Shown here one piece after another: positions 1-10,435 of a stretch of DNA of 55,535 nucleotides (positions are counted from its first letter, which is position 1; every line of letters begins with the position of its first letter). The stretch lies in contig JAFDBP010000234.1 of NCBI GenBank assembly GCA_019313245.1, positions 1 through 55,535 of the forward strand, in the 5' to 3' direction. Position numbers and translations under genes: made by a program. The stretch is from Deltaproteobacteria bacterium (lineage in GTDB: Bacteria > Myxococcota_A > UBA9160 > SMWR01). A model generated the notes under the pieces. It was not told the origin of the DNA. It saw nothing but the letters and a program-made list of their open reading frames with translations, and did no database searches.

Positions 1-633
1 CTATTCGCGCCCGGCGACCTCGAGGCCACGGCGCTGATGGCGCGCTTTCCAGAAAAAGTCGTGAAGAACACCGGCTACAACACCGGCAGGGACGCGCTTG
101 CGCTCATGGTGGGTAGCGATGAAGTTGAAGTGAGGGAAGGGCATCCTGTCGTGACGTTCCACCGTCTCGAGACGTTGACCAACCGGCGTCGCCTCGAGCG
201 GCTGATCGATGTCGTCGTCGGGGTGGCCGGGAAAGTCGGAAAGATGAAGTTCGTCATGCATCCGCCCACCGAGAAGGCCCTGCAGAAGTATGAACTGCTG
301 ACCGCAATCACATCCTCCCCTTTCATCGAGTGCCAACCGCTCGAGCGTTACGAGGTTTTCGCGAGTCATCTCGCTGCTGCGCCGTTCATCATGACGGACG
401 GCGGCTCGATACAGGAGGAGGCGTCGTATCTCGGGAAGCCGTGTATCGTTCTACGCGATCAGACCGAGCGTGCACATGGGATTGGGCAGACTGCTCGACT
501 GACCAGCTGGGATGCCGATGAGGACTGGCGCTTCATTTCCGAAAAGATCAATGAGGTAGGCCTGGGTTCAGGCTTCGCGACCAGGTTGGCGGCCTCCGAG
601 TCTGTAGTAGATTCGATCGAGTCCGGCGATTAG
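1..633 (+). CDS. wecB: UDP-N-acetylglucosamine 2-epimerase, C-terminal part (5' end lies outside the window)
   Basis: Frame 1 is open from nt 1. IMTDGGSIQEEASYLGKPCIVLRDQTERAHG matches the TDSGGIQEEA..LGKPVLVxRDxTERPE signature of non-hydrolysing 2-epimerases. TAG at 631-633. Confidence 0.8.
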   Translation, partial: LFAPGDLEATALMARFPEKVVKNTGYNTGRDALALMVGSDEVEVREGHPVVTFHRLETLTNRRRLERLIDVVVGVAGKVGKMKFVMHPPTEKALQKYELLTAITSSPFIECQPLERYEVFASHLAAAPFIMTDGGSIQEEASYLGKPCIVLRDQTERAHGIGQTARLTSWDADEDWRFISEKINEVGLGSGFATRLAASESVVDSIESGD

Positions 634-645
634 GTTGGGCATGCT

Positions 646-1485
646 CTAGTGGTCGGGGCTGGCGCTGTCTCTGTTCAGATCGAGTAGAAGCAGAACGATG
701 CCGGCGCTTATCAGGCCTGTTATGCGGTTCATGGTTGCGGCGAGGAGTGCTTGGGATGGCGGAATGTCCGTTGCAGTGGCGAGCCCCGCTGCCAGGTATT
801 CGCGTATGCCCACGCCGCCCGGGATGAATGTGGCGGCATTCGCGAAGGCGCTCGAAGCTGTCAGGTAGAGGCACTCCAACAGCCCGACGTCTATTCCCAT
901 GGCGCAAAAGCACGCATAAACGCGAAAGGTGTCGACGGCGGAAAGGGCCATACCGAGCAGCGCGATCTTTCCGAACAATCTTCCCGGTTTCTGCTTGAGT
1001 CTATGGTTTGCGTATACCAGCGCGATGATCGCCGGCAGGGCCAGGATGATTGCGATGGCAGTTGCACCCAGCGCATAACCCGCAACTGCTGCGGCGAACA
1101 AGGTGCATGCCAACCAAATCAGGGAAACGAAGAGTGTTGCCTTGATGCTTTCGGCAAGGCTTGTGTCGGTCGATTTAATGGCTGCCACGCGCATCATGAA
1201 TGCGGCAGGTAGCGGGAGTTGGTTCGCGATGGTGGCGCTCGTCGAGACATTCAGGGCGCTCCTCAGTTCCTTGCTCTTTTTCACGAGTTGCGCTGACGCC
1301 CTCAATCCGAGTGCATTGCACAGGAGTGTCAGCGGAGCGAGAGCTCCAATGACGATCACAATTGGTATCCAGCGAATTTGTTCGAGGATTCCCGGGTTTT
1401 CTCGTACCGAGTAGATCACGCCCGCGATTACAGCGAGCCACGCTATCGCCAGTATTGAGTATCTTATCCGAGGGTCCGTAGACAT
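646..1485 (-). CDS. polytopic membrane protein, flippase-like / LPG-synthase-TM (UPF0104)-like
   Basis: 279-aa ORF with ATG at 1485. Almost entirely hydrophobic helices with no soluble domain. Sits inside the glycan locus. Family assignment is weak. Confidence 0.6.
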   Translation of the reverse strand: MSTDPRIRYSILAIAWLAVIAGVIYSVRENPGILEQIRWIPIVIVIGALAPLTLLCNALGLRASAQLVKKSKELRSALNVSTSATIANQLPLPAAFMMRVAAIKSTDTSLAESIKATLFVSLIWLACTLFAAAVAGYALGATAIAIILALPAIIALVYANHRLKQKPGRLFGKIALLGMALSAVDTFRVYACFCAMGIDVGLLECLYLTASSAFANAATFIPGGVGIREYLAAGLATATDIPPSQALLAATMNRITGLISAGIVLLLLDLNRDSASPDH

Positions 1486-1553
1486 GAGATCGGCTGTCGG
1501 GGATTCCTTGGAAAATTGATGCGAAGCAAGTGTATCTGATAATTGCGAAGCAG

Positions 1554-2672
1554 TTACATCGCGGTTGCGGTAGCCATCATTTGCCGTGCATCTGCGCGAA
1601 GAGACTGTGTTCTCGCGGCGATCTCGTCGCGCCGCTGATCGAGTGCCCCGAGAAGCGCCAGAAGATTGGCGATGATTTCATCCTGATTCGGGCGAATCGG
1701 TAATACCAGGTCGCCAAGTCCCAGCGCGTTACAAGTCTCCGAAACCTTGGTGTCGTACGGTATCCCGATGGCGGGCGTAGTTGCGACGGCCGAAAGTATG
1801 ATCGAATGCAGCCGCATGCCTATCACGCAGTCGAGGTTGGCCAGGAATGCCAGGCGCTGCTCTGGCGTGTCAGTGGCATCTCGCAGATCGATATTCAGTG
1901 TCCTGTCGTTTTTCTCGACTAGCTTGCGGCCAATGATCAGATCCTGCTCATCGTTGAAGGAGAGGAAGGATACTCGGCACGGTTTGTCTAGCGAAGAAGC
2001 GGCGGCGGCGATTGCATCGAGAGCGAGTTCTCCCAGTGCCATCGCCTGTTGGAAGTCGTGGCGTTTGCGCTTGTCGCCGACCGCCGGTCTGAGGGAGAGA
2101 CCGATGCGCAATGCGTCGTCTGTGCGTTTTTCTGTGGGTTGGTGCTGTGAGATGGCGAACGCGAGATCGGCACCTGTCGCCACAGCTGCCGTGACACCGA
2201 TGTCTCTGAGATAGCTTCGAGACGCTTGATCGCGCACCCCGATATAACGGGCGGCGTTCAATGTCCAGCGCGTCAATGCGCGCCCGATGGTGTGCGGTAT
2301 CGGGCCAGCGCCAATGCCGACAAAGGCAAAGGGGGTCCCGGTGGCGAGCGCCATCCAGGCTCGGCTCAAGTGGAAGATCAGATTGCCGAGGCTCGTGGAC
2401 GACTGGATGATGCCGCCTCCGCCGATCAACAGCAGATCCGCGCACTTGATGGCCTTGAATGCGGAAATGGTATCCCGTGGTCCTCCGGCGGCGTGGGTGA
2501 CGTGCTCAGGCAGCTCGCGTGTTGGTGGCTCATTACAATTGGAGAGGACCGTTACGGAAAGCTCTTCCTTCAAGTAGTAGCCGCACATGGCGTGCAATAT
2601 CGCTTCATCCCCCAGGTTGGGGGTGCCGTACGAATTGGAGATGACAATAGCGGGATGGCGGCTATCGCTCAT
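1554..2672 (-). CDS. polysaccharide pyruvyl transferase family protein
   Basis: 372 aa with ATG at 2672. The N-terminal ISNSYGTPNLGDEAIL and LLLIGGGGIIQ motifs are typical of CsaB/WcaK-type pyruvyl transferases. Confidence 0.8.
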   Translation of the reverse strand: MSDSRHPAIVISNSYGTPNLGDEAILHAMCGYYLKEELSVTVLSNCNEPPTRELPEHVTHAAGGPRDTISAFKAIKCADLLLIGGGGIIQSSTSLGNLIFHLSRAWMALATGTPFAFVGIGAGPIPHTIGRALTRWTLNAARYIGVRDQASRSYLRDIGVTAAVATGADLAFAISQHQPTEKRTDDALRIGLSLRPAVGDKRKRHDFQQAMALGELALDAIAAAASSLDKPCRVSFLSFNDEQDLIIGRKLVEKNDRTLNIDLRDATDTPEQRLAFLANLDCVIGMRLHSIILSAVATTPAIGIPYDTKVSETCNALGLGDLVLPIRPNQDEIIANLLALLGALDQRRDEIAARTQSLRADARQMMATATAM

Positions 2673-2874
2673 GATGGATTCTGGAGGTTCTGGAGCTTTT
2701 TATAGCGCGAGTTGCTCTGAACCGGACCAGAATTTTCGAGTTTCGCAAGGAAGACGAGGTGGCTGTGAGGCGTCGAAGGGTGGAAGAGATTTCAAATGTG
2801 CTCGCGCGAGTGGAGGCGGGTGGTCCAATCGCAGATCTGTGCTGAAAGTCGCATTTTGGGCGAGATGATCGGTT

Positions 2875-3897
2875 TCAGTCGCGAGGGTTCCGGGTGGTCT
2901 TCGAGCGAACGCGCTCGCGGTAGAGGATCTCTTCTAGATACACGCGATGGCGGTTCATCATGTCTCCGATCACGCCCGTGTGCAGCATGATCAGGGCCAG
3001 AGCCAGCAGCGCCATCGACGCGAAGCCGGCCCATTTGTGCGGCGTGAAGCTTCCGGTGCTCAGATAGTGAACGAGAAGCATTCCGCCCAGGCCGAATGCG
3101 GCAATGGCCAGCATCAGTGAGATTCCGCCGAAGAAGCGCAGGGGTTGGTAGTCGCGGTAGCAGCGCAGGATGATCTGGGACGTCTGCATCGCGTAACGCC
3201 AGAGATTGCCCGCGACGCGGCTGCTGCCGAACTCTCGCTGCCCGCGGACGGGGATCGGAATCTCGGCGACCCGCAGCTGATTGAAGGCGAGGTTCAGGAA
3301 GACCTCCTGGGTGTAGGTGAAGCGTCCGAGGGGATTGATCCGCAGCGCCGCCAACCGGCTGTAGCAGCGCATGCCGCACGATACGTCGTAGAACGACTGT
3401 CTCGCGAGTCGCGAGACGATTCGGCTCATCAGGAGATTTCCCCACAACTTGATGCGCGGCATCTCCGGAACCAGCTCGGGATCCTTGAAGCGCGATGCAC
3501 TCGAGAAATCTGCCGTCCCCGCAATGATCGGCTCGATCAGGCGCGGTATGTCTCCCGGGTCGAACTGGCCGTCCGAGTCGAGCGTGACGATCAGGTCGGC
3601 CCCGCACTCGATCCCGTGACGGAGGGCCGTCTGGAAGGCGGCTCCTACGCCGCGATTGGTCGGGTGACGGATGACTTTCGCCCCCGCGGCGGTGGCGCGA
3701 TCGGCGGTCGCGTCATCGCTGCCGTCGTCGATCACGACGATGTCCACGCGGCCGATGCCGGGAATCTCACGCGGAACGCTTTGCACGACCTGCGCAACGG
3801 TGCGTTCCTCGTTGAGGGCCGGCATCGCAACGAGAAGATGCAGCTCTTTTTGCAGCGATGCGCCGTCGAGGCCCGGGTTTTTGATTTCTTCGTGCAT
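2875..3897 (-). CDS. family 2 glycosyltransferase (DPM1/ArnC-like, membrane anchored)
   Basis: 340 aa. LVAMPALNEE..VVIDDGSDDAT..NRGVGAAF is a GT-A fold signature. Two C-terminal TM helices. Confidence 0.85.
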   Translation of the reverse strand: MHEEIKNPGLDGASLQKELHLLVAMPALNEERTVAQVVQSVPREIPGIGRVDIVVIDDGSDDATADRATAAGAKVIRHPTNRGVGAAFQTALRHGIECGADLIVTLDSDGQFDPGDIPRLIEPIIAGTADFSSASRFKDPELVPEMPRIKLWGNLLMSRIVSRLARQSFYDVSCGMRCYSRLAALRINPLGRFTYTQEVFLNLAFNQLRVAEIPIPVRGQREFGSSRVAGNLWRYAMQTSQIILRCYRDYQPLRFFGGISLMLAIAAFGLGGMLLVHYLSTGSFTPHKWAGFASMALLALALIMLHTGVIGDMMNRHRVYLEEILYRERVRSKTTRNPRD

Positions 3898-4131
3898 CGC
3901 CGCCAGTATAGCGCCGGGGCGGATCCCGCTGGCGTCGCAGAAACGGCTCCTAGCTCGCGATTCGATCGGCGGCTCTGGGCATGCGGGGTGAACGGATCCA
4001 CCCGATTACGTGGATCCGCCATAATCGCTACTTATTGGGCTTCGCAACTGGGCGGTGCGAACCGCCTGTCTCCGAGCGGCGCCACGAAAATCCGCTGGCG
4101 GCCGCCGAGTAGGGTTGAGACGACGGACGGT

Positions 4132-6030
4132 ATGGCCAGGAAACGCTCGAGCAAGCGCAAGAAGCGACCGGCATCCAGCACCACCGTTGCGTCCCCGCTC
4201 GAAGCGAGCGACGAGCTCGCCCGCAATTCGAAGATTCTGCCCGCGTTCCCGCTCTATCTGGCGGGTCTGCTCGCCTTCTGGTCCTTCGGGTACACGACAA
4301 TGCGTGGATCGGACTTCTGGTGGCACCTCGCCTCTGGACGCTGGATGTTGGAGCACCGAAGCGTGCCGCGGACCGATTTCTGGTCCTACACCCATTGGGG
4401 TCAGCCCTGGATGCACCACGAGTGGCTCTCCGACGTACTCTATGCGGCCTGGGAGAAGCTGCTGGGCATGGAGTCCCTGGTCTGGTGGAAGTGGTGCGTC
4501 ATCGTCGCCACGTTTTTACTGCTGATGCGCTGCCTACACCGGCTGGCGCGCTGCCCGCTGGCCGCCCTGCTCGCGGCCGGCTTCGCGCTCGCCGTGGCCG
4601 CTCCCTTCCTCGACATCCGACCCCATCTCTACAGCCTGCTCGGCTACGTGCTGGTGCTGCGTCTGGCTCTGATTCGCGAGCGCCCCGCGCCTCTGCTGCC
4701 CCTGATCTTCCTGGTCTGGGTCAACCTGCACGGCGGCTTCTTCTTCGGACTCATGGCGCTCTCGATCGCCTTGTTCGCCTGGGTGCTCTTCCCCGAAGCC
4801 GTCGGCAACTCCGGGGCCGCCGCGAGCTCGGCCGAGCCCGCCAAACGGCGCTGGGCGTACGCGGTCGCGCTCGGCCTGGCCTGCGCCGGGATCTGCCTGA
4901 TCAATCCGAACTTCGCCGAACCCTTCGTCTACCCGCTGCGCTACGCGTTCAGCGCCACCTCCCCCTACCGCAGCCTGAACGAGTGGAAGCCGCCCTTCGA
5001 GTCGGGCGGCATCGCCGCACCGCTCTTCCCCTACGCGCTCGGCGTGATCGGCGTAGCGGTTCTGTGGTTGCTCATCTCCGGTCGCTGGCGCAGCCGGCAC
5101 CGCGAAAGTCTCGCAGGCCTGCTGCTCTCCACCCTCACCCTGTTGATGGCGCTCGAGAGTCGGCGCTTCATCCCCCTCTTCGCCATCTCGGGCAGTCTGT
5201 TGCTGGCGCCGGCGCTGGCCGCGCTCTTCGCCGCGCTCGAGTCGCGGTTGCGCCCGCCGCTCGAACAGAAGCTGGGCCCGCTGCCGACCCGCCTGCTGGT
5301 TTCGGTCGCGGCTTTGATCGCGGGTGCGCTGCTGCTGGCGCCCTATCCCCAGTCCAACCGCGCATTCCTCTATCTCACGGCCGAGGACACCTTCCCGGTC
5401 GAGACGCTGAACTTCGTCGAGGCAAACGGCATCGCGGGCAGGACCTTCGCCTACTACAACTGGGGCGGCTACATCCACCTGCGCCTCGACGGTCAGCTGC
5501 AGGTCTACATCGACGGCCGCGCCGACACCGTGTTCGACGATGAAACCTTCCGCCGCTACATGCACATCATCAGCGCGGGCGAGGGTGCGGTCTACATGGT
5601 GGAGGCTTCGGGCGCGGATTGGGTGCTCTGGCCCAGGAACAGCGAGCGCCTGATCGAGCAGCTGCTCCAGAGCGGGCGCTGGTATCCCCTGTTCGAAGAC
5701 GCGGTATCGATCCTGTTCCGCCACGAGGATTCGCCCGTGCCGGAGAGCCTGCGCGAAACCGGGGATTCCGCCTACCGCGAGCTGCGGTTGGCGGACCGGG
5801 CCAGGCGGCTCGACGATCTCGACGGCGCGGAACAGCACTATCGCCGCGCGCTCGATCTGATGCCGCACCTCGGCAAGGCCTGCCACCCGTTGGCGCGCAT
5901 GCAGGTCATGCGCGGCGAGTTCGACGACGGGCGAGCGATCGAACGCCGCTGCCAGCGCAGCTTCCCCCACCCGGAGTGGAGCCGACATATCGAGGATTTG
6001 ATCGCTGAACAAACAAGGCTGCGGCGCTGA
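4132..6030 (+). CDS. GT-C-like polytopic membrane protein with C-terminal TPR-like tail
   Basis: In-frame ATG at 4132 (MARKRSSKRKK..). The 3145-4131 part of the track ORF is antisense of the GT2 gene. About 12 TM helices, a soluble C-terminal domain, and AEQHYRRALDLMP TPR-like helices. Confidence 0.7.
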   Translation: MARKRSSKRKKRPASSTTVASPLEASDELARNSKILPAFPLYLAGLLAFWSFGYTTMRGSDFWWHLASGRWMLEHRSVPRTDFWSYTHWGQPWMHHEWLSDVLYAAWEKLLGMESLVWWKWCVIVATFLLLMRCLHRLARCPLAALLAAGFALAVAAPFLDIRPHLYSLLGYVLVLRLALIRERPAPLLPLIFLVWVNLHGGFFFGLMALSIALFAWVLFPEAVGNSGAAASSAEPAKRRWAYAVALGLACAGICLINPNFAEPFVYPLRYAFSATSPYRSLNEWKPPFESGGIAAPLFPYALGVIGVAVLWLLISGRWRSRHRESLAGLLLSTLTLLMALESRRFIPLFAISGSLLLAPALAALFAALESRLRPPLEQKLGPLPTRLLVSVAALIAGALLLAPYPQSNRAFLYLTAEDTFPVETLNFVEANGIAGRTFAYYNWGGYIHLRLDGQLQVYIDGRADTVFDDETFRRYMHIISAGEGAVYMVEASGADWVLWPRNSERLIEQLLQSGRWYPLFEDAVSILFRHEDSPVPESLRETGDSAYRELRLADRARRLDDLDGAEQHYRRALDLMPHLGKACHPLARMQVMRGEFDDGRAIERRCQRSFPHPEWSRHIEDLIAEQTRLRR

Positions 6031-6168
6031 TGCGCGCAGAAGATCGTCCCATTGCCCGCGACAGCGAAACCAAAGCGGGTGATGCGGCTGAGCGATGAAA
6101 CCTCAGCGCGGAGAGGGAAGTGGGGCCGACTATAATGCGATCGGTGCATTCGCGAACCACGGATTGCG

Positions 6169-7698
6169 ATGACGAAGCCTGACGCCGACCAGCTGAATTC
6201 CGCAGCGGGCCGATTCCTGAGGGATCATTGGCCCGTCTTCGCCTGGTCGCTGGTCTTCCTGTTCGTCGCGGGCGGCCTGCAGTTCTATTTCACGCCCTTC
6301 GTGGAAGGCGATGCGCCGTACCACGCCGCCGTCGGTAAACTCATCCGGCAGAACGGGATCCTCTACGAATTCCCCTGGACCCCATTCAGTTGGCTCTCGG
6401 ACCGGTACGCAGATGACCGGCTCCTCTTCCACCTGCTCTACGTTCCGTTTGCCAATCTCGACTGGATCACGGCTGCGAGAATCGTCGGCACCATCGCTGG
6501 GGCGGCCATACTCATCGCGCTCTATCTGGTATTGAGAGCGGAGCAGATTCGCTTTGCCGGGCTATGGACACTCATTCCCCTCACCGGCTCGGTGCTCTTC
6601 ATCTCCCGGTTCATGCTCGTTCGGCCGCACCTGCTTTCGATCGCACTGGCACTCCTCTTCCTGTGGGCGGCCGCGCGCGGCAGACTCGCGATCCTGGCTG
6701 CGGTTTCCTTTCTCTACCCGTTGACCTACATCGCCTTCTGGCAACTCCCGTGTCTACTGCTGATCGCCGCCGAGACCGCGCGCTTCCTCGCGCGCAAACC
6801 GATCCGCTGGAAGCCCGCGGCGGTGGTCGTTTGCGGCATCGCGTTGGGGATTGCGGTCCACCCGAATACGCTGAATCTAATCGCCTACAACTGGATCGTG
6901 ATGGTCGACGTGCTGGTCAAGAATACCTGGTTGGCGCCGGTGGGTATCGACATGGGCAGGGAACTCAACACCTATCCGTTGGGGGGATGGATCCAGGGGC
7001 TGAGCGTGAGCGCGCTCATGACCGCCGCCGCCGCCGTGTACGGATGGCGCTACCGCCGAGAAGACCTCGTGTTGCTCGCGTTTGCGCTCGCGGCGCTCGG
7101 GTTTTGCGTGCTGACGATTCGGTCGGCGCGCTTCGCCGAGTATTTCGTACCGTTTTCGGTCGCGGCCTTTGCCACCGCCTCGCGATTCATCGCGTGGCGT
7201 TTTCTCGCGCCCAGCCTGCTGGCGATCTCGCTGGCCTACACGATGTTCGTCGGTTCGTTCACTTTTTCTCAATGGTCCAGAGAGACGAACCCGATGCCCC
7301 CCAGTACGGCGGCGCGCTTTCAGCAGCTGATTCCGCCCGGCTCTCGCGTCTTCACCACGAGGTGGGATTACACGGGGCTCCTCATGGTGGCGCTACCCGA
7401 GCGTTATTTCCTCGTGGCTCTCGATCCGACGCTGTTCTTCCTGAAGGACCCGGAGCTCTATCGGCTCTGGTATCGCATTGCGCACGAGCCGACGCCCGGC
7501 ATTGCGGACATCATCCGCAAGCGTTTCGGGTCGCGTTATGTGGTCGTCAACAACCCGCCCGCCTCACAGCATTTCAACCATCAGCTCAGTACCGAACCCG
7601 GCGTGCGGGTGATCCTGAGCCTGGATCGCTGGCTGGTCTTCGATCTCGGTCCCGCCTCTACTCCAGAGCGGCTCGGGCCAGGTCAATCGGGGCGGTAG
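6169..7698 (+). CDS. GT-C-like polytopic membrane protein (paralog of 4132-6030)
   Basis: 509 aa with ATG at 6169 and about 11 TM helices. The N-terminal block DAPYHAAVGKLIRQNG..PW parallels DFWWHLASGRWMLEH..PW in the preceding gene. Confidence 0.7.
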   Translation: MTKPDADQLNSAAGRFLRDHWPVFAWSLVFLFVAGGLQFYFTPFVEGDAPYHAAVGKLIRQNGILYEFPWTPFSWLSDRYADDRLLFHLLYVPFANLDWITAARIVGTIAGAAILIALYLVLRAEQIRFAGLWTLIPLTGSVLFISRFMLVRPHLLSIALALLFLWAAARGRLAILAAVSFLYPLTYIAFWQLPCLLLIAAETARFLARKPIRWKPAAVVVCGIALGIAVHPNTLNLIAYNWIVMVDVLVKNTWLAPVGIDMGRELNTYPLGGWIQGLSVSALMTAAAAVYGWRYRREDLVLLAFALAALGFCVLTIRSARFAEYFVPFSVAAFATASRFIAWRFLAPSLLAISLAYTMFVGSFTFSQWSRETNPMPPSTAARFQQLIPPGSRVFTTRWDYTGLLMVALPERYFLVALDPTLFFLKDPELYRLWYRIAHEPTPGIADIIRKRFGSRYVVVNNPPASQHFNHQLSTEPGVRVILSLDRWLVFDLGPASTPERLGPGQSGR

Positions 7699-8933
7699 CG
7701 CCGCAGCAGCGCCAGGTTTCGCTCGATATCGCCAACCGGATACGCGGGGTAGCTGGGCAGCAGCACGACCGACGCAGCTGTCTTCCGCGCGTTGGGGCAA
7801 TCGCGATGGAACTCCCGAAAGGCGGGCAGGTCGGCACAGTTCTTCAAATGCTGTGGGCCGACGTCGCAACCGTGTTGGGCGAGGAACCGCAACAGCAGCC
7901 TTCGCTCTTCCAGGCTGTCTCCGCGTTGAATCGGGAAATAGGTGTAGATCGAATCCCCGCAGTCGCCCGGCGGTAGCACGAAGGCGTCGGTCTCCTGCAG
8001 GCCACTCCGATACAGTGCGGCCTTCTCGGCGCGGCTGCGATTGTCTCGATCGACGTGCCCGAGCTGTGTCAGGCACAGCCGGTGTTGCGCCGCCGTCATT
8101 CGCCCGAGATATTCCGCGGGTACGCGATCCCGTCGATTCAGATCCCGCTCTTCTTCGACGAAGCGATTGATGGCTCGGATCTCGTGCAGCTGTCCGAAGC
8201 GAATGATCCAATAGGTCAGCGCCCTGAACAAAATTGGATTCGTCGCCAGGTCCGTCACCAGGCCCTTCAGCATTCTCTTGATCAGGAATGCGCCGCTCTG
8301 CGGCGACGAACGGCTCAGTTCGCCCCGAATCGCGGCGAAGGTTTCCGGGTTCCTGCAGGTGACGGCCCCACCGTACCAGGCGTTGATGTTCTTGTAGGTT
8401 CCGAAGCTGTAGACGCCCGCGTCCCCGATCGTTCCCAGGCGTTCGCCATCGACGCGCGCGCCGAAGGCCTGCGCGGCGTCTTCGATCACCGGAACGCCGA
8501 GTTCTTCGCAGAGGTCACGGATCTCGCGGATCGGCGCGGGGATCCCGTGCAGGTGGGTCACGAGTACCGCACCCGTCCCGGCGTGCACGAGCGATCGGAC
8601 GGATGCCGCGCTGATGTTGCAGGTCTCGCGCTCGATGTCGGCGAATACCGGTCGTCCGCCCGCGAGGATCACCATGTTGATCACGTCGGCGATGGTGTAC
8701 GGCGACATCACCACCTCCTGACCGGGGCGCACGAGGTGCTTGACGGTCAGGTAGATGCCGGTGCGGCACATGGGAAGCGTGGCCACCCTGTCGGTACCCA
8801 GAAACGCGGTCAGCGCTTCCTCGAACCGTCGGACTGCGTCGCCGTCCTCCTCGATTCGGATTAGATCGATCGCGAAGGGCAGGTAGCTCCGCCACGACGT
8901 ATAGAGCCGGTAACGCGGATGCGGTGCCCTCAT
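7683..8933 (-). CDS. DegT/DnrJ/EryC1/StrS family sugar aminotransferase (PLP)
   Basis: ATG at 8933 (MRAPHPRYR..) overlaps the upstream stop as ATGA. Motifs VIEDAAQAFGA and YSFGTYKNI (candidate PLP lysine). The longer 707-aa track ORF is an artefactual N-terminal extension. Confidence 0.85.
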   Translation of the reverse strand: MRAPHPRYRLYTSWRSYLPFAIDLIRIEEDGDAVRRFEEALTAFLGTDRVATLPMCRTGIYLTVKHLVRPGQEVVMSPYTIADVINMVILAGGRPVFADIERETCNISAASVRSLVHAGTGAVLVTHLHGIPAPIREIRDLCEELGVPVIEDAAQAFGARVDGERLGTIGDAGVYSFGTYKNINAWYGGAVTCRNPETFAAIRGELSRSSPQSGAFLIKRMLKGLVTDLATNPILFRALTYWIIRFGQLHEIRAINRFVEEERDLNRRDRVPAEYLGRMTAAQHRLCLTQLGHVDRDNRSRAEKAALYRSGLQETDAFVLPPGDCGDSIYTYFPIQRGDSLEERRLLLRFLAQHGCDVGPQHLKNCADLPAFREFHRDCPNARKTAASVVLLPSYPAYPVGDIERNLALLRRYRPD

Positions 8934-10435
8934 TTCCGAAGCGCCTCGAGCGCGGTTCTTCGCGCATTCGCCATGATCGTGAGTGTCGGCGAGATCACGG
9001 GGCTGGTCGGGAAGCAGCTCGAGTCGGCGATGTGTACGCCGGGCATGACCTCTCCGTCGCGCGCAACCGGAGTCGAGCCGGCGCCATAGGGGAAGGTGCC
9101 CGCCAGATGCGCACTCGTGTGGGCCACCACCGGAGCGAACGGCAACAGGAAGAACGCCGAACCGCGCAAGGCCTGGCGCAGGCTCGAAACGCAGCGGCTG
9201 ATCGCGGCTTTGTCGGGGCTGTTCTTTTCCGCAAACGCGATCCGATCGTTTTCCAGCGTGACGAAATACTGATGGGACGCCGCCGCATCCAGGTAGGCGC
9301 GCGCCCAGATCAGCCGATCCCTGAGCCAGCGGACCGGGTGCCGAACCAGCTTCCACGACCATGCGGGGGCGAGCGTGCGCCACAGATAATCCACGTTGGG
9401 ATAGAGCTGCACCTGCAGAAGTGAAGCGCGCGAACTCGTCGGCGCCATCAGCAGCAGCAGATTGGTCAGGCCGAAGTAGTCGCCGCGCCTTCGATCGGAG
9501 TGCCTGGACAGATTCAGGATCGGAAACTGCGCGATCGAGTTGTCCTGCAGCACGGGTCCCGCGCTCAGGTTCAGGCTTCGCATCAGGATCTCCGTCGTCG
9601 CGACACATCCCGAGGCGAGAAAGACCCGGTCGAAGCGCTCGGCGTGACCATCGACAGAGCATACCTCGGGGTTGCCCCGATCCATGCGAATCGATCGGAC
9701 ATCGCTCGGTACGAATCGGATTTCGCCCCGATCGATGGATCGCTTCAGCGCGTTCCTGGCGGAGTAGATCGAATCGCGCGCGCAGCCCACCATGCATTCC
9801 CCGCACTCGACGCAGCTCGTCGCCGCCCCGCTGCGGGTTTCGACGGCGCTCGGAGCGACGCCTGCGTAGATCCGATAGTCATCGGTCTCCGGGTGCGCGG
9901 CGAGATGGTCTTGCAGGCACCTGAAGCCCTCCAGTTGTTTCACGGCGGGCGCGTTGCTGTAGTCGAGTCCCAGGAATTCACTCACGCGATCCGGCTGTCC
10001 GGCGATCCCGATCGAATCCGCAATTGCGCGATAGTGGGGTTCGAGTTCCTCTCTCGAGATCGGCCATCCTGCAAAATCTTCTCGGGCCAGGGGCAATACC
10101 GTCCCACCCCAGATGTTCGTCTGGCCGCCGAACATCTCCGTTCGAAAGAAGCGCGCTTCACCATCCACCAGGTGGCAGGGCACGGGGTCGGCGAAGAACG
10201 TCTTGCGCGGCGGATAATTGACTGCAGTTCTCCGGATGTCCGCGTAGACAGCGTCGTAGAACTGCTCGATGCCTGCGGGTTCGTACCGACTTCTGGGCAG
10301 GGAGCTGAAATAGCGATCGCTGCTGAAGATCGTGATTTCGGCATCGACGCCCGACGCCTCGAGGCCGTTTGCGACACCGGCCGCCGACGCTCCGGATCCG
10401 ATGACGGCAATCTTGCGATCCGTCGGGGTCGTCAT
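8930..10435 (-). CDS. GMC-family FAD-dependent oxidoreductase
   Basis: ATG at 10435 gives MTTPTDRKIAVIGSGASAAG (GxGxxG FAD fold). The C-terminal HLAGTFPYG..VHIADSSCFPTSPVISPTLTIMANA resembles the GMC C-terminal domain. ATGA overlaps at both ends. Confidence 0.8.
   Translation of the reverse strand: MTTPTDRKIAVIGSGASAAGVANGLEASGVDAEITIFSSDRYFSSLPRSRYEPAGIEQFYDAVYADIRRTAVNYPPRKTFFADPVPCHLVDGEARFFRTEMFGGQTNIWGGTVLPLAREDFAGWPISREELEPHYRAIADSIGIAGQPDRVSEFLGLDYSNAPAVKQLEGFRCLQDHLAAHPETDDYRIYAGVAPSAVETRSGAATSCVECGECMVGCARDSIYSARNALKRSIDRGEIRFVPSDVRSIRMDRGNPEVCSVDGHAERFDRVFLASGCVATTEILMRSLNLSAGPVLQDNSIAQFPILNLSRHSDRRRGDYFGLTNLLLLMAPTSSRASLLQVQLYPNVDYLWRTLAPAWSWKLVRHPVRWLRDRLIWARAYLDAAASHQYFVTLENDRIAFAEKNSPDKAAISRCVSSLRQALRGSAFFLLPFAPVVAHTSAHLAGTFPYGAGSTPVARDGEVMPGVHIADSSCFPTSPVISPTLTIMANARRTALEALRK

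Noticed and set aside
3145-4131. An N-terminal 329-aa extension of the 961-aa track ORF.
   Set aside because: This stretch is antisense to the GT2 gene (2875-3897). The membrane protein has a sensible ATG at 4132 followed by a basic tail and TM helices.
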